Shown piece by piece: positions 25,357 through 34,124 of a stretch of DNA of 45,479 nucleotides (positions within the stretch are counted from its first letter, which is position 1; every line of letters starts with the position of its first letter). Both the position numbers and the translations under genes were made by a program. The stretch lies in IMG/VR virus record IMGVR_UViG_3300045988_175963; one strand, given 5' to 3'. Origin of the DNA: a virus. The notes under the pieces are model-generated. The model ran no database searches. It saw nothing but the letters and a program-made list of their open reading frames with translations, and was not told the DNA's origin.

Positions 25357-26158
25357 AGATGGTACACAAGAGTTCAATTTCAAGGCGCCGTCAACGTGGG
25401 CGGAACTTTCAGAGGATCAGTTGCGCTATGTCCTTAGCATCATGTCGACGTTCCAGGATCATACCGTTATCAAATGCTACCTTCTCGCAAGGTTCTGCGG
25501 ACTTACCGTACATAAGTACACCAGAACCGGGTGGAAATGCAGCGTTAAATGCGATGAAAGCGGTGAAAATGGCGATGCTAAGACTGGAAAAGTGCGCGAG
25601 AGAGTCCTGTATATCAGCGCTGCAGAAATCCTCTCTCTGCTCAAAAACTTCGATTTCATCGACTCCTTTACGGACTTTCGGCCTCTACAGGTCGCAAGTG
25701 ACGTTCAGCTGAAGGCAGTAAACAGCCTGCTTCACGAAATCAGCTTCTACGATTACCTCAATATCGAGAAGAACTACCAGCTGTTCATGCTCAAGCAGGA
25801 GGACAGATTCCTGCTGAAAATGGCGCATCTCATGTACAGGACAGAAGGCGGTTCTGCCAGTGAAACCGCTAAATTTGAACCTTACGAACTCCTCGGAGTC
25901 TTCATGTGGTTCTCGAGTGTCAAGGAGTATTTTGCCGCCAACTTCCCTCACTTCTTCAGACCAGCCAGAGAGGGCGGCGAGCTGCGGCGTGAGGACATCC
26001 TGCCAGCCATGCAGGCGCAGATCAGGGCACTTACCGATGGTGACGTGACCAAACTGCAGGCAGTCTATAATACCGACTGCTGGGCTGCCCTCACAGAGCT
26101 TGATAACAAGGCTCGGGAGGCAGAGGAGTTTAGGAAGCGCAACAGGCAAAATAGTTAA
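25319..26158 (+). CDS. Hypothetical virion-module protein
   Basis: ATG at 25319 (MKNQNLPSF...). Confidence 0.5.
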   Translation: MKNQNLPSFLIHKDGTQEFNFKAPSTWAELSEDQLRYVLSIMSTFQDHTVIKCYLLARFCGLTVHKYTRTGWKCSVKCDESGENGDAKTGKVRERVLYISAAEILSLLKNFDFIDSFTDFRPLQVASDVQLKAVNSLLHEISFYDYLNIEKNYQLFMLKQEDRFLLKMAHLMYRTEGGSASETAKFEPYELLGVFMWFSSVKEYFAANFPHFFRPAREGGELRREDILPAMQAQIRALTDGDVTKLQAVYNTDCWAALTELDNKAREAEEFRKRNRQNS

Positions 26159-26170
26159 AAAAAAACAGCA

Positions 26171-26681
26171 CATGACAGAGAAAATCTTCGATTCCATCGC
26201 ATATTTCAAGCAGCTGGCTGCCGAGTGCAGAACCTGCAAAGAATATAATTTCGTCGCAACGGAGTGCTCCGGACCAGATTCCATCCAGGGAGTCATGCAG
26301 CAGTTCCGCAAGGCATCCAACTTCATCATGGTCTCAGATACCGTTGACAGCAACACCCATTCCATCGGAGAGGGCTTCTTCGACCGCAACGTTTATACCG
26401 TCTGGATCCTGGCAGGGTACCGACGCGATGACATGGCAGACCGAGAGGCGAAAATGAATATCTGCAGATATATCTTCCGCCAGTTCCTCAGCCGTATGCT
26501 CCACGACAAGAGCCGTGAGGCATACGACGGTCAGATGGAGTTTCTGGACCTCACGCAGGTCTATTCGAGCGAGCTGGGCAGATGGTCCATGAATGGCGTC
26601 ACAGGACTCTACTTCATGGTCACATCAGACGAACCTATCGACATACAGTATGACGAGAGCCTATGGCAGACGCAGAAATAG
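26171..26681 (+). CDS. Hypothetical virion-module protein
   Basis: ATG at 26171 (MTEKIFDS...). Confidence 0.5.
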
Positions 26682-27202
26682 ACGACCTCCTCAGATATGA
26701 GCGAGGATGGGCTAATGCCATGGGCGACTTCTGGCGAGAGCGCATGGAGCGGCTTCGTACCATCGATACCGGACGCCTCTACGCTTCCATCAAGGCGCAC
26801 CTGGAGCAAGGCTCTGTCACGACCATTGAGCACAACTTCCTGCAGTACGGTATCTATGTAGCTGCAGGAGTAGGACCGGCACATGAGTGGTACAAGTGGA
26901 CCGAGGCACAGGGTGGCGAGAAAGTCCACCGCATCAACAACGGCGACCTCAAATTTCTCGGCGATGAATACCGCCGAGACAACAATCTCGATAAACCGAA
27001 GAAGGTGGGACCTGCCTGGGGCGGTCGTGTCGCCGGTGGCGAACCTAAAGGCTGCCGTGACTGGTTCTCAAAGAAGTACTACTCATCTGTCATGAAGCTC
27101 AACGAGCATGAGGCTACCTTCTACGGCGACCGGTACAATGGTCTGATGGCATCAGCCCTCACCGAAATCTTCAGGGGCATCGGAGCAGCACGCAACCTCT
27201 AG
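26663..27202 (+). CDS. Hypothetical virion-module protein
   Basis: 179-aa ORF. Confidence 0.5.
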   Translation: MADAEIDDLLRYERGWANAMGDFWRERMERLRTIDTGRLYASIKAHLEQGSVTTIEHNFLQYGIYVAAGVGPAHEWYKWTEAQGGEKVHRINNGDLKFLGDEYRRDNNLDKPKKVGPAWGGRVAGGEPKGCRDWFSKKYYSSVMKLNEHEATFYGDRYNGLMASALTEIFRGIGAARNL

Positions 27203-27231
27203 GGAGCGTATTTTTACCGATTCCATCGGCA

Positions 27232-27257
27232 TATTATCTTTGCAAACAAAAAATAAA
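27232..27257 (+). promoter_or_regulatory. Late promoter copy 3 (tattatctttgca core plus an A-rich tail)
   Basis: The first 13 nt are identical to copies 1 and 2. -7 box at 27235-27242. ATG at 27258. Confidence 0.5.
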
Positions 27258-27845
27258 ATGGCATACAAATTAGACAAGAGTTCACTTCAGACCCTCTTCG
27301 AGGGCATCAGAGACGAGCGGCGCCTGCAGGCCAACACGGCAAACCGCATCGGCAACGCTTTCCTCTCGCTGCTGCACTTCTGTGCGGACGAGACCTCCGA
27401 AGCCTTCCTCAGCCGCAAGCATGACGATGCAGCCGAGGGCATGATTACCTTCCTGCGTGGACTCATCTCCGAGCAGATGGCGCAGCTCAAGGCGGGTGCA
27501 CAGTTCGGTGACTTCGTTTCCGGACTGTACAACGGCAAGGGAGCACAGGTTGATACCAACGGCAATGCCGAGGTTGAGAGCATCACCGTCCGCACGTACA
27601 TGAGGGTCATGGAACTGATTGTCAACCGCCTGTCAGCGCAGGAGGGTGACACTTTCTTCACCGAGAGCGACACCATTGAGAGCGTTGACAGTCTGGGCGA
27701 TGATTGCTATGGCTTACACCTCCGCTCCAAGTATAGTGGATACTTTACGGCTAGCATGTGGGCAACGTCATCAAGGGAGTGGTCAACAACATCGCTTCGG
27801 CAGCCAATTCTGGCACTTCGGCTGATTACTACACCTCATGGATGA
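27258..27845 (+). CDS. Tail-module protein, possibly the N-terminal part of a split gene
   Basis: The ORF reads as protein-like up to about 27755. The last 30 codons look non-protein-like and overlap the next ORF. Confidence 0.4.
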   Translation: MAYKLDKSSLQTLFEGIRDERRLQANTANRIGNAFLSLLHFCADETSEAFLSRKHDDAAEGMITFLRGLISEQMAQLKAGAQFGDFVSGLYNGKGAQVDTNGNAEVESITVRTYMRVMELIVNRLSAQEGDTFFTESDTIESVDSLGDDCYGLHLRSKYSGYFTASMWATSSREWSTTSLRQPILALRLITTPHG

Positions 27846-28759
27846 GAGTCAACAGCGTCAACGCGGTTAAGAATTACATCGAGGTCACCCTCTATCCTGA
27901 TGCCGATGTTCCGGCAGGCAAGAACTTCCCGCCGTGCGAGCTCATGAATATCGCCCGATATGGCAACCAGACCGATGAGTCGCTGCAGAGCTGTTTCTAC
28001 ATCTCCAGTTCCGAGGGGCGCATCGTCAAACTGACGGGCGTCACAAAGCCGATACTTGAAAATTACAACTACGGCATGGCCTTCGGCGACATGCCTGAAT
28101 TCGTCAAGTCGCTCAACCTTCCTATCGTCAAGGGCAGGGATTATCTCTATGCAGCCGGCATCATCACCCAGGATATCATACAGATTGACTATCAAGGCAA
28201 ACCGGTTGTCGATTATGTAGACCGGGGACCATGGTCAGAGGCAGCAGAATATTACAGCTCAGCTCTCAATCCGGAAACCGGTAAATACGAGACCTCCGAC
28301 GTCTGGTATACCGGGTGCAAGTGGCGATGCCTGAAGACTGGTACCCATACCGCACCAAGGTGGAACAATACCGACTGGGCGATGATAGAGGGCAATCCTG
28401 CCTTCACCATTGACTTTCTCGAAGACGAGACTATCTACGACTTTGACAACTTCCGGGCTCCGCTGACTATCGTTGCTACGCTCTACGGCCAGGATATTAC
28501 CTCAGATATCCTCGACAGCGACGTAGCCTGGACCAGATACACAGAAAACAGGGCTGGTGAGCAGAGAGTCACAAGTGACAACATCTGGTCACTCGAAGTC
28601 GGTTCCAAGGCAGGCAAGGCTATCGTCCTGACCCAGTCAGACCTCTCCATCGACAGCGAGGGAGTTCCGGCTAAAATTAGATTCACGGCAACAGTTACAC
28701 TTCGTGATGGTCTGGGCGATGAGGTTGCCCAAGATTCCATCACACTGGAATGTGTTTAA
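27758..28759 (+). CDS. Tail-fibre-like protein (GTG start, or continuation of 27258 in the -1 frame)
   Basis: 333-aa ORF opening immediately after an in-frame TAG at 27752-27754. Confidence 0.45.
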   Translation: MGNVIKGVVNNIASAANSGTSADYYTSWMRVNSVNAVKNYIEVTLYPDADVPAGKNFPPCELMNIARYGNQTDESLQSCFYISSSEGRIVKLTGVTKPILENYNYGMAFGDMPEFVKSLNLPIVKGRDYLYAAGIITQDIIQIDYQGKPVVDYVDRGPWSEAAEYYSSALNPETGKYETSDVWYTGCKWRCLKTGTHTAPRWNNTDWAMIEGNPAFTIDFLEDETIYDFDNFRAPLTIVATLYGQDITSDILDSDVAWTRYTENRAGEQRVTSDNIWSLEVGSKAGKAIVLTQSDLSIDSEGVPAKIRFTATVTLRDGLGDEVAQDSITLECV

Positions 28760-28770
28760 TAACATATAAG

Positions 28771-29922
28771 ATGAAATACAAAAGATTAGACTTCAAATAC
28801 ACGCCTCTGCAGGTGAACACATCCAAGACAATATCAGGCAGCGTTCCGCTCGAGCAGACTTATGACGCCAACCAGAATGAGTATGCTCCAAATTACGAGT
28901 TGACACCATGCGCCTTGCAACCGGTCGTTGGTATAATCGACAGAGATAACATACTCGAGAGTGGTCGTGTCAATAGTGAACTGACAGATATCGCCTGGTA
29001 CAGAGTCGAGAATGGTGTGGAGGGTAATGCGCTGGTTTCGACACCCAGGAAGCATGTCATCACCTCGACCGGCAATGATGCCGGCAAACTGCTCTGGTAT
29101 GTCAACGCAGCGCCGCAGAAACCGATTCTGCTCAGATTCAAGGCGAAGTACCTGGACAGCCGAACAAATAAGGTTCACAGAATTATGATGGACTATTCCA
29201 TCAACTGCAAGAATGCGACCCTCTACAAGCCGACGCTGCTGCTTTCGAGTGGTGACCGATACTATAATCCGCTTCGTGATACAGACAAGCAGGTCATCAG
29301 TGCATCTCTGCGCCTCGGATCAGAGGAGTGCGCTAAGGAGAAGAGGCTGTTCATCTGGGAGATTCTCCGTGATAGAGGTCAGTTCTCTGCCATTACAGCA
29401 GATGACCTCGAAATCAAAGTTTCTTCAGATGGTGCATCGGTTACTCTAGACCGCTCGCTCATGGGCAAGCGCATCTGCATCAGATGCAGGGCTAAATTCT
29501 CGGCTGATGGCAATCCGGCAAGCGTAGATCTGAGTGATGCTACACCGAACAGAATTGTCAATATCGTCCGCAGGATACCATTCTACGATTACGATATCCT
29601 CGACACGGTCGACGAAGTCCTGCCCGACACGAAGGTAGTACACCCAGCGGCAACCATCTCTGACAATGTCGGAGAAATTGCGAACCCGACAAGAGAACTG
29701 CAGGTCCTCTGGTGGATGGCACCGAATAACTCGATACACTTTGAGAACGCAGTCCTTGTCGGACATGGCATGTCTCCGAGAGTACCTACAGATCTGCTGG
29801 ATCCGAACAGGGGAGCTATCCTTGCTTTGGAAGTTAAAGACCTCGATCCTTTAGCTCTGGCTATGGATGCCGACGGCAAGGTCTTCGTGGACGCCGATGG
29901 CAATCCGTTCATTTTTCACTAA
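28771..29922 (+). CDS. Tail-fibre/baseplate-module hypothetical protein
   Basis: ATG at 28771 (MKYKRLDF...). Confidence 0.5.
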   Translation: MKYKRLDFKYTPLQVNTSKTISGSVPLEQTYDANQNEYAPNYELTPCALQPVVGIIDRDNILESGRVNSELTDIAWYRVENGVEGNALVSTPRKHVITSTGNDAGKLLWYVNAAPQKPILLRFKAKYLDSRTNKVHRIMMDYSINCKNATLYKPTLLLSSGDRYYNPLRDTDKQVISASLRLGSEECAKEKRLFIWEILRDRGQFSAITADDLEIKVSSDGASVTLDRSLMGKRICIRCRAKFSADGNPASVDLSDATPNRIVNIVRRIPFYDYDILDTVDEVLPDTKVVHPAATISDNVGEIANPTRELQVLWWMAPNNSIHFENAVLVGHGMSPRVPTDLLDPNRGAILALEVKDLDPLALAMDADGKVFVDADGNPFIFH

Positions 29923-29943
29923 TCATCATTTATAATATAATAT

Positions 29944-30228
29944 ATGGAAAGATACATCAAGGCAAATCGCAAGGTCGTGGAGTTGCTTCAGCTGACCGAG
30001 GACAGAACTGAGCTGCAGGATGGCATTTTCATTCTCTGGTGTCAGGATATCCTACAGCTTGGGGAACCTATCGAGTTCGAGGAGACGCTGTCCAGAATAG
30101 GCGCTATCGCTATGGATGGCAAGACCGCCTGCATGGAGCAGGAAGGCAAAGTGTGCAACAAGCTGCCTGTAGCTACAGACAGAAGATTCATTATGACAGA
30201 GCAGAGAGAGGAGGCAGAAAATGAGTAG
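29944..30228 (+). CDS. Hypothetical protein
   Basis: 94-aa ORF. Confidence 0.4.
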   Translation: MERYIKANRKVVELLQLTEDRTELQDGIFILWCQDILQLGEPIEFEETLSRIGAIAMDGKTACMEQEGKVCNKLPVATDRRFIMTEQREEAENE

Positions 30229-31315
30229 CGCAAGTAAGTCGACAAGCATCAAGTTCATACCAAAGATGGGTACATTTACTCCGTCTATCCAGTCGCCTGA
30301 CGGAGATATCTACCAGGAGTACCAGAGAAATGGGGATGTCGTGACTGTCTATCCGGATTTCTCGCAGACGCAGCCGAAGCTGTACTTCGTTGTCATCTCA
30401 TCGAGAACAGCAGAAGGCATCAGTACACCAACCTCCATGAAGTACTTCTTCAATGATACGGAGATTCCTTTCAATTCTGCAGGCAAGTCTACAGGACTGT
30501 TTGACGGTCTCTTTGAGATTATCAGACCAAGTGCTTCGCAATTATATTGGGGACTGAAAATCTGCAACAACCTGGTTAAGGTATCCAATTATAGCGGCAT
30601 TACAATCAGGATGGTCGGTACCATCACAGAGCGTTCTGGGCAGCAGGAGGCTACAGATGAAATTCAGGCTAGCTACGATATCTCCGTTGGCCCTTACACA
30701 GGAGTCGCCTATCGTGTGACAATAAAGGCTCCGGCTAATGATACGCACAACTTCGTTCTGGGTAGCAAGGATGACAGCTGCCAGCTCGAAGCCAAAGTCA
30801 CGCAGGGCAACGAAACTCTGACAGCAGGACTATATTACAAGTGGTATAAAGCCGTCAATAGCATCACAGGTTGGGAGCAGATTGCAGGAGCCAGTGCCAA
30901 GATCCTCACCGTCAAGGCATCAGATGTTGATTGCACGAGGGAGTTCATGGTGGAAGTGTACAACGACAAGGCCATGGGCAAGGATAATATGCTGGGTTTC
31001 GACTTCCAGACTGTCATCGATGCGTCAGATCCATACGATATTGAGCCCAACCCGACACCGGCTGATGAGTCTATCAGCGAGGACGAGTCAGGCAATGGTA
31101 CTGTGACCTATACTCCGAGACTGATTGTCAGGGGAAAGTCTGAGGCTATCGGTAGCAAGTTCTATTTCACGCTGAAGTCAGGTTCTGGTGTTGTCCTAAA
31201 TACTGAGGCAGCACGCAAGCCTACTGTCCAGCTGAGTTCATTTGCTGTGACCAGGGCAGACTGCGAGCATGCCGGTTACAGCAGCGTGGCATTAACGATT
31301 CAATCAGTCAAGTAG
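30221..31315 (+). CDS. Tail-fibre-module hypothetical protein
   Basis: 364-aa ORF. Confidence 0.5.
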   Translation: MSSASKSTSIKFIPKMGTFTPSIQSPDGDIYQEYQRNGDVVTVYPDFSQTQPKLYFVVISSRTAEGISTPTSMKYFFNDTEIPFNSAGKSTGLFDGLFEIIRPSASQLYWGLKICNNLVKVSNYSGITIRMVGTITERSGQQEATDEIQASYDISVGPYTGVAYRVTIKAPANDTHNFVLGSKDDSCQLEAKVTQGNETLTAGLYYKWYKAVNSITGWEQIAGASAKILTVKASDVDCTREFMVEVYNDKAMGKDNMLGFDFQTVIDASDPYDIEPNPTPADESISEDESGNGTVTYTPRLIVRGKSEAIGSKFYFTLKSGSGVVLNTEAARKPTVQLSSFAVTRADCEHAGYSSVALTIQSVK

Positions 31316-31318
31316 TCT

Positions 31319-32134
31319 ATGACAGTAATAACAAGAACTATTAATTTTATCCGGAAGGCTGTCAAGGGTGAGAAGGGCAGCGTCCTTCGAGGTCCGCAGC
31401 TGTGGAATACCTGCAGCAATGGTTACACATTCGAAGCGGGTGGAGAAGGTGAAGAGTGGAAGGATGTTGTCTTATATAATGGCAATAGCTATTCCTGCAT
31501 CAAGACGCACGTCAAGACTGCAGATAATTATCCGGGATCTGCAGCTGATCTGAACAACCATTATTGGCGACTGGGTCAGTCTATCGAGCTCATCATAGCC
31601 CACATCATCCTCGCCCAGTACCAGATGGTGGAGAACCTGGGTGTCCGTACCATAGAGATGAAGGATAAGAATGGCAATGTAGTCTTCAGAGCTAAGGATG
31701 GTGACCTCACATGCAAGGGTGGCAATTTCGAAAACATTACGGCAACAGGCAATTTCAAATCTAGAAATGAGAAGACCTGGAATGAAATCGAAATGAATGC
31801 TGATAAGGGTTACCTTGTTATGCGAGGACCAACTTCAGTTAATGATGATGACTGGGATTTGCCAAGCTCAATTGCAGAGATGACAGACCTTTTCAAGGTT
31901 AAATTTGAGACAGATCCTGATTCGCTGAGTCGAATTGCGACAATGGATTTATTTGGATTTGGTGGAAGGAAACGGGTGAATATAGATCCTGAATTTGGTT
32001 TAAGAATATACTCTGATGAGGGGACAGATGAAGAAAGTCATCTGTTTTTGGGCATGGATAGTATTGATTATAGTGACGGATTAGGGCACGTGTATCATAG
32101 TAATTGGAATAGTTTGCTAAAAAAAATATTATAA
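31319..32134 (+). CDS. Tail-fibre-module hypothetical protein with an AT-rich C-terminal third
   Basis: 271-aa ORF. Composition changes at about 31740. Confidence 0.5.
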   Translation: MTVITRTINFIRKAVKGEKGSVLRGPQLWNTCSNGYTFEAGGEGEEWKDVVLYNGNSYSCIKTHVKTADNYPGSAADLNNHYWRLGQSIELIIAHIILAQYQMVENLGVRTIEMKDKNGNVVFRAKDGDLTCKGGNFENITATGNFKSRNEKTWNEIEMNADKGYLVMRGPTSVNDDDWDLPSSIAEMTDLFKVKFETDPDSLSRIATMDLFGFGGRKRVNIDPEFGLRIYSDEGTDEESHLFLGMDSIDYSDGLGHVYHSNWNSLLKKIL

Positions 32135-32140
32135 ATAAAT

Positions 32141-33565
32141 ATGGAAGGTAAAAAATTCAATTCCGTGACGAAAGTCACAACCGTCAACAGCAACCAGAGT
32201 GTGCTGCTGACAGACCAAAATGGCAATGTCACTAGCATCGGAATGGATGCGCTCAAGGCTGACCTTGCTGTAGGTCAGCATGCCTGGTGCGGAAGAGTGT
32301 GGGACACTGCCAACGCAACGCCTAAGGCTGCATCATACATTGGCTCTCTTGAATTGCTGAAGGAGTTGCCATACATCCTCGGACTTGGCGCATACCTGGT
32401 TAAAAATGACCACAGCCGTAGGAAGCTCGACAGCAAGGATCACTACAAGTATGCTACTGGTGAACCAGCAAAGCTGGATGGTACAGAAGGTCACTATCAG
32501 TGGGGATGGGGACGTAAATTCTACGTTGTCATCAAGGATATTGGCGGATTGCACTATGAGCAGATTGGCATCAAGCCAATTCCTGGTGAGTTTAATTACG
32601 AGATTCCTATCGGCAGTCTCTCTGCTGCAGGATTCGCCACTATAGAGCGAAGCACAGGCAGACTTGTGAGCTATATCAATAATGGAACTGACTATCGTGG
32701 TGGAGACAACGATTCGTCTTATGATGGCAAGAATAGGACGCTTCTGGGTAGACCAGCAACTAATATGACTACTGAACAGTTCAGAGCTGCAGCACGCAAG
32801 AATGGCAAGGGCTGGCTCTGCACAGCCATGCGACATACATCCATTGTAGCAATTCTTTTCGGCGTCATCTTCGGTACACATTACGATCAGGATGCCGTCA
32901 ATGCCAACAAGGATGCCAATGGTCTCTACCAGGGAGGTCTAGGTGAAGGCTTGACGCAGATGCCAGACTGGAGTGGCTACAACGGCTATAGACCTGTCGC
33001 ACCTATGAGTGCAGGCATTGAACTTGGTGATTCATGTGGAGAAGCGACCTATGCTGTTAAGAATGATGCAGGGACAACGGTCTATAATGCCAAGATTCCA
33101 TGTTTCTTCGGCTTAAAGAACGGCTTCGGCAATCTCTGGCGAATGATGGATGATGAGTTCTGTCAGGCCAACAGTGACAAGACTATGACACACCTCGTGG
33201 CTCCGTCAATATACGGTTCCTGGACCATCGGCAACCCTTCCGGCATGAGGGCGTTGAGCAAGTCACCAGGTGGTGGTGAAGGATATATCAAGACCTTGTC
33301 GATGGAACATCTAGAGAACTTCTGTACGCAGATTGGTGCTACAGAGTCAACCTATTCGACAGGTTATTTTTGGAAAACGTCAAACGCAACTTCCGGTTTT
33401 CGCCTGTGTCTTCGCGGTGGCTACGCTGGCAATGGTGGTCTATGCGGTCTTACGACGCTCCCTGTGCGCCTTGCTGTCTCGGATTGCCTTGTGAGCTGCG
33501 GTGCGGCCCTCTGCGAAGCAGCATCCGAGTGGTCATTGGATCCAGTGTATTACGAGGCGGCCTAA
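32141..33565 (+). CDS. DGR target protein (receptor-binding/tail-fibre-like, variable C-terminus)
   Basis: Carries the VR at 33393-33514, which ends 17 codons before the stop. Last gene of the tail-fibre operon. Confidence 0.85.
   Translation: MEGKKFNSVTKVTTVNSNQSVLLTDQNGNVTSIGMDALKADLAVGQHAWCGRVWDTANATPKAASYIGSLELLKELPYILGLGAYLVKNDHSRRKLDSKDHYKYATGEPAKLDGTEGHYQWGWGRKFYVVIKDIGGLHYEQIGIKPIPGEFNYEIPIGSLSAAGFATIERSTGRLVSYINNGTDYRGGDNDSSYDGKNRTLLGRPATNMTTEQFRAAARKNGKGWLCTAMRHTSIVAILFGVIFGTHYDQDAVNANKDANGLYQGGLGEGLTQMPDWSGYNGYRPVAPMSAGIELGDSCGEATYAVKNDAGTTVYNAKIPCFFGLKNGFGNLWRMMDDEFCQANSDKTMTHLVAPSIYGSWTIGNPSGMRALSKSPGGGEGYIKTLSMEHLENFCTQIGATESTYSTGYFWKTSNATSGFRLCLRGGYAGNGGLCGLTTLPVRLAVSDCLVSCGAALCEAASEWSLDPVYYEAA
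33393..33514 (+). repeat. DGR variable repeat (VR)
   Basis: Ungapped 122-nt alignment to the TR at an offset of 394. 16 of the 17 differences lie at TR adenines. Confidence 0.9.
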
Positions 33566-33674
33566 AGTGTTCAGAGGTGTGCTGGCGTGAGCAGGAGTGT
33601 GCAGGATTGACCAAGGTTCCCAAGCGGAGCCAAGGGCAATCCTGAGCACCCTGCGAGCGTAGCGAGCAAAGCCT

Positions 33675-33701
33675 ACCGCCCTTGGGCGGTCGATTTTTTT
33701 T
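33675..33701 (+). terminator. Terminator after the target gene
   Basis: accgcc cttg ggcggt stem followed by cga plus T8. Confidence 0.6.
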
Positions 33702-33744
33702 GAAATTTCGCTCTTTGACATTCTTTCATTCCGATTTTTTTCAG

Positions 33745-33752
33745 TACCTTTG
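33745..33752 (+). promoter_or_regulatory. -7 box TAccTTTG for the TR-RT transcript
   Basis: 35 nt upstream of the TR start. Confidence 0.5.
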
Positions 33753-33786
33753 CAGGCGGTTTTCAAACCAGGCTGTGATTCCTGCG

Positions 33787-33908
33787 CCGGTTTTCGCCTG
33801 TGTCTTCGCGGTGGCAACGCTGACAATGGTGGTCAATGCGGTCTTTCGACGCTCAATGTGAACAATGCTGTCTCGGATTACAATGTGAACTACGGTGCGG
33901 CCCTCAAC
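33787..33908 (+). repeat. DGR template repeat (TR)
   Basis: Contains 23 adenines, of which 16 are substituted in the VR. AAC/AAT-rich in the VR reading frame. Confidence 0.9.
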
Positions 33909-34124
33909 TTAACAAGATACTGCAGGTTAGTTTGCTTAGCTGCAGAGATTTCGGGAGTCAGGCCTTGCCTCATGGCAAAACATACACTTTAGCAGAATAG
34001 CTAGTAGATGATGACAATGGGTCATCCGGTCGAAAGTTAGGACATTAGAAAAGCAGACAACAGACACAGACACCGACATTTATCAGACACCGACCTTTTT
34101 TTTTATAAATAAAATTTTAAGCAA

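Noticed and set aside
25685-26389. 234-aa minus-strand ORF, along with similar antisense ORFs such as 32333-32881, 28834-29178 and 11839-12279
   Set aside because: All are embedded antisense in + strand virion genes that form an uninterrupted operon. Their composition is typical of shadow frames, and no independent signals support them.
33533-33826. 97-aa minus-strand ORF between VR and TR, considered as a possible Avd
   Set aside because: It runs antisense through the target-gene terminator, the TR promoter and the TR itself. It is R/P-rich with no helical-bundle character, and its orientation opposes the DGR unit.
33750-33992. 80-aa ORF covering the template repeat
   Set aside because: It is open only because the TR is a copy of the VR coding sequence in the same frame. 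It starts inside the promoter region, so it is treated as the TR RNA template and not as a gene.
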